Assembly (NCBI GenBank): GCA_043228905.1
Contig: JBHGNT010000005.1
Location: 22,630,001 to 22,694,000 of the forward strand
Length of the DNA stretch: 64,000 bases
Direction: 5' to 3'
Source: Azolla caroliniana
Lineage: Eukaryota > Plantae > Polypodiophyta
Under the pieces are notes generated by a model. It worked only from the letters and a program-made list of their open reading frames with translations, had not been told where the DNA came from and did no database searches. A program made the translations under genes and the position numbers. Of this stretch, positions 63,762 to 64,000 are shown piece by piece (position 1 is the stretch's first letter; every line of letters starts with the position of its first letter).

Positions 63762-63785
63762 GGGGGGGGGGGGGGGGGGGGGGGG
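63762..63785 (+). repeat. poly-G tract (24 nt)
   Basis: Homopolymer run. Confidence 0.9.
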
Positions 63786-64000
63786 AAGAGAGATATAGAG
63801 ACTGTGTACAGGTGCCCAGCTTACAAGCAAATAGAATGAAATATGCTACTCTTTCCAGAGCTCACAGCCATTCAGCAGATGATGGAGAATCGTGTCCGTT
63901 TGGCCAGGTTTTTCTTGAGTTCCAGAAACATAGGGGATCAAGCCTTACAGCATATTGGATGCAGCAGCAATCACACATCACTAACTTCCTCTATAGGCCT

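Noticed and set aside
63762-63785. Poly-G tract as a functional G-quadruplex
   Set aside because: No supporting context, and homopolymer length is unreliable in assemblies.

Overview
Eukaryotic, AT-rich, TE-laden land-plant DNA. The intron sizes and TE content are fern-like, but the taxon is inferred, not shown. There are five host genes, all on the minus strand. (1, 2) Two near-identical, intronless, GC-rich alpha-expansins at 8003-8803 and 14879-15679. (3) A 19-exon gene at 20119-39140 (about 651 aa; every intron I assembled is GT-AG and phase-consistent). Its motifs ([88 protein letters not shown]) match bacterial/cyanobacterial-type citramalate synthase (CimA) rather than plant IPMS/MAM, and it adds a transit-peptide-like N-terminus and a Cys-rich tail. 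(4) ALG2 mannosyltransferase at 42407-45561. (5) A RING-H2 E3 ligase at 52378 to at least 54973. The rest is nested Ty1/copia and Ty3/gypsy elements, LINEs, a MITE pair and local duplications. These include an LTR-bounded inversion that splits a copia RT at a target-site duplication (TSD), and a three-LTR copia element with a perfect TSD. The CimA-type gene, which suggests a threonine-independent isoleucine/citramalate route in a plant plastid, is the top candidate for an undescribed system. All exon models were assembled by eye and no database searches were run.
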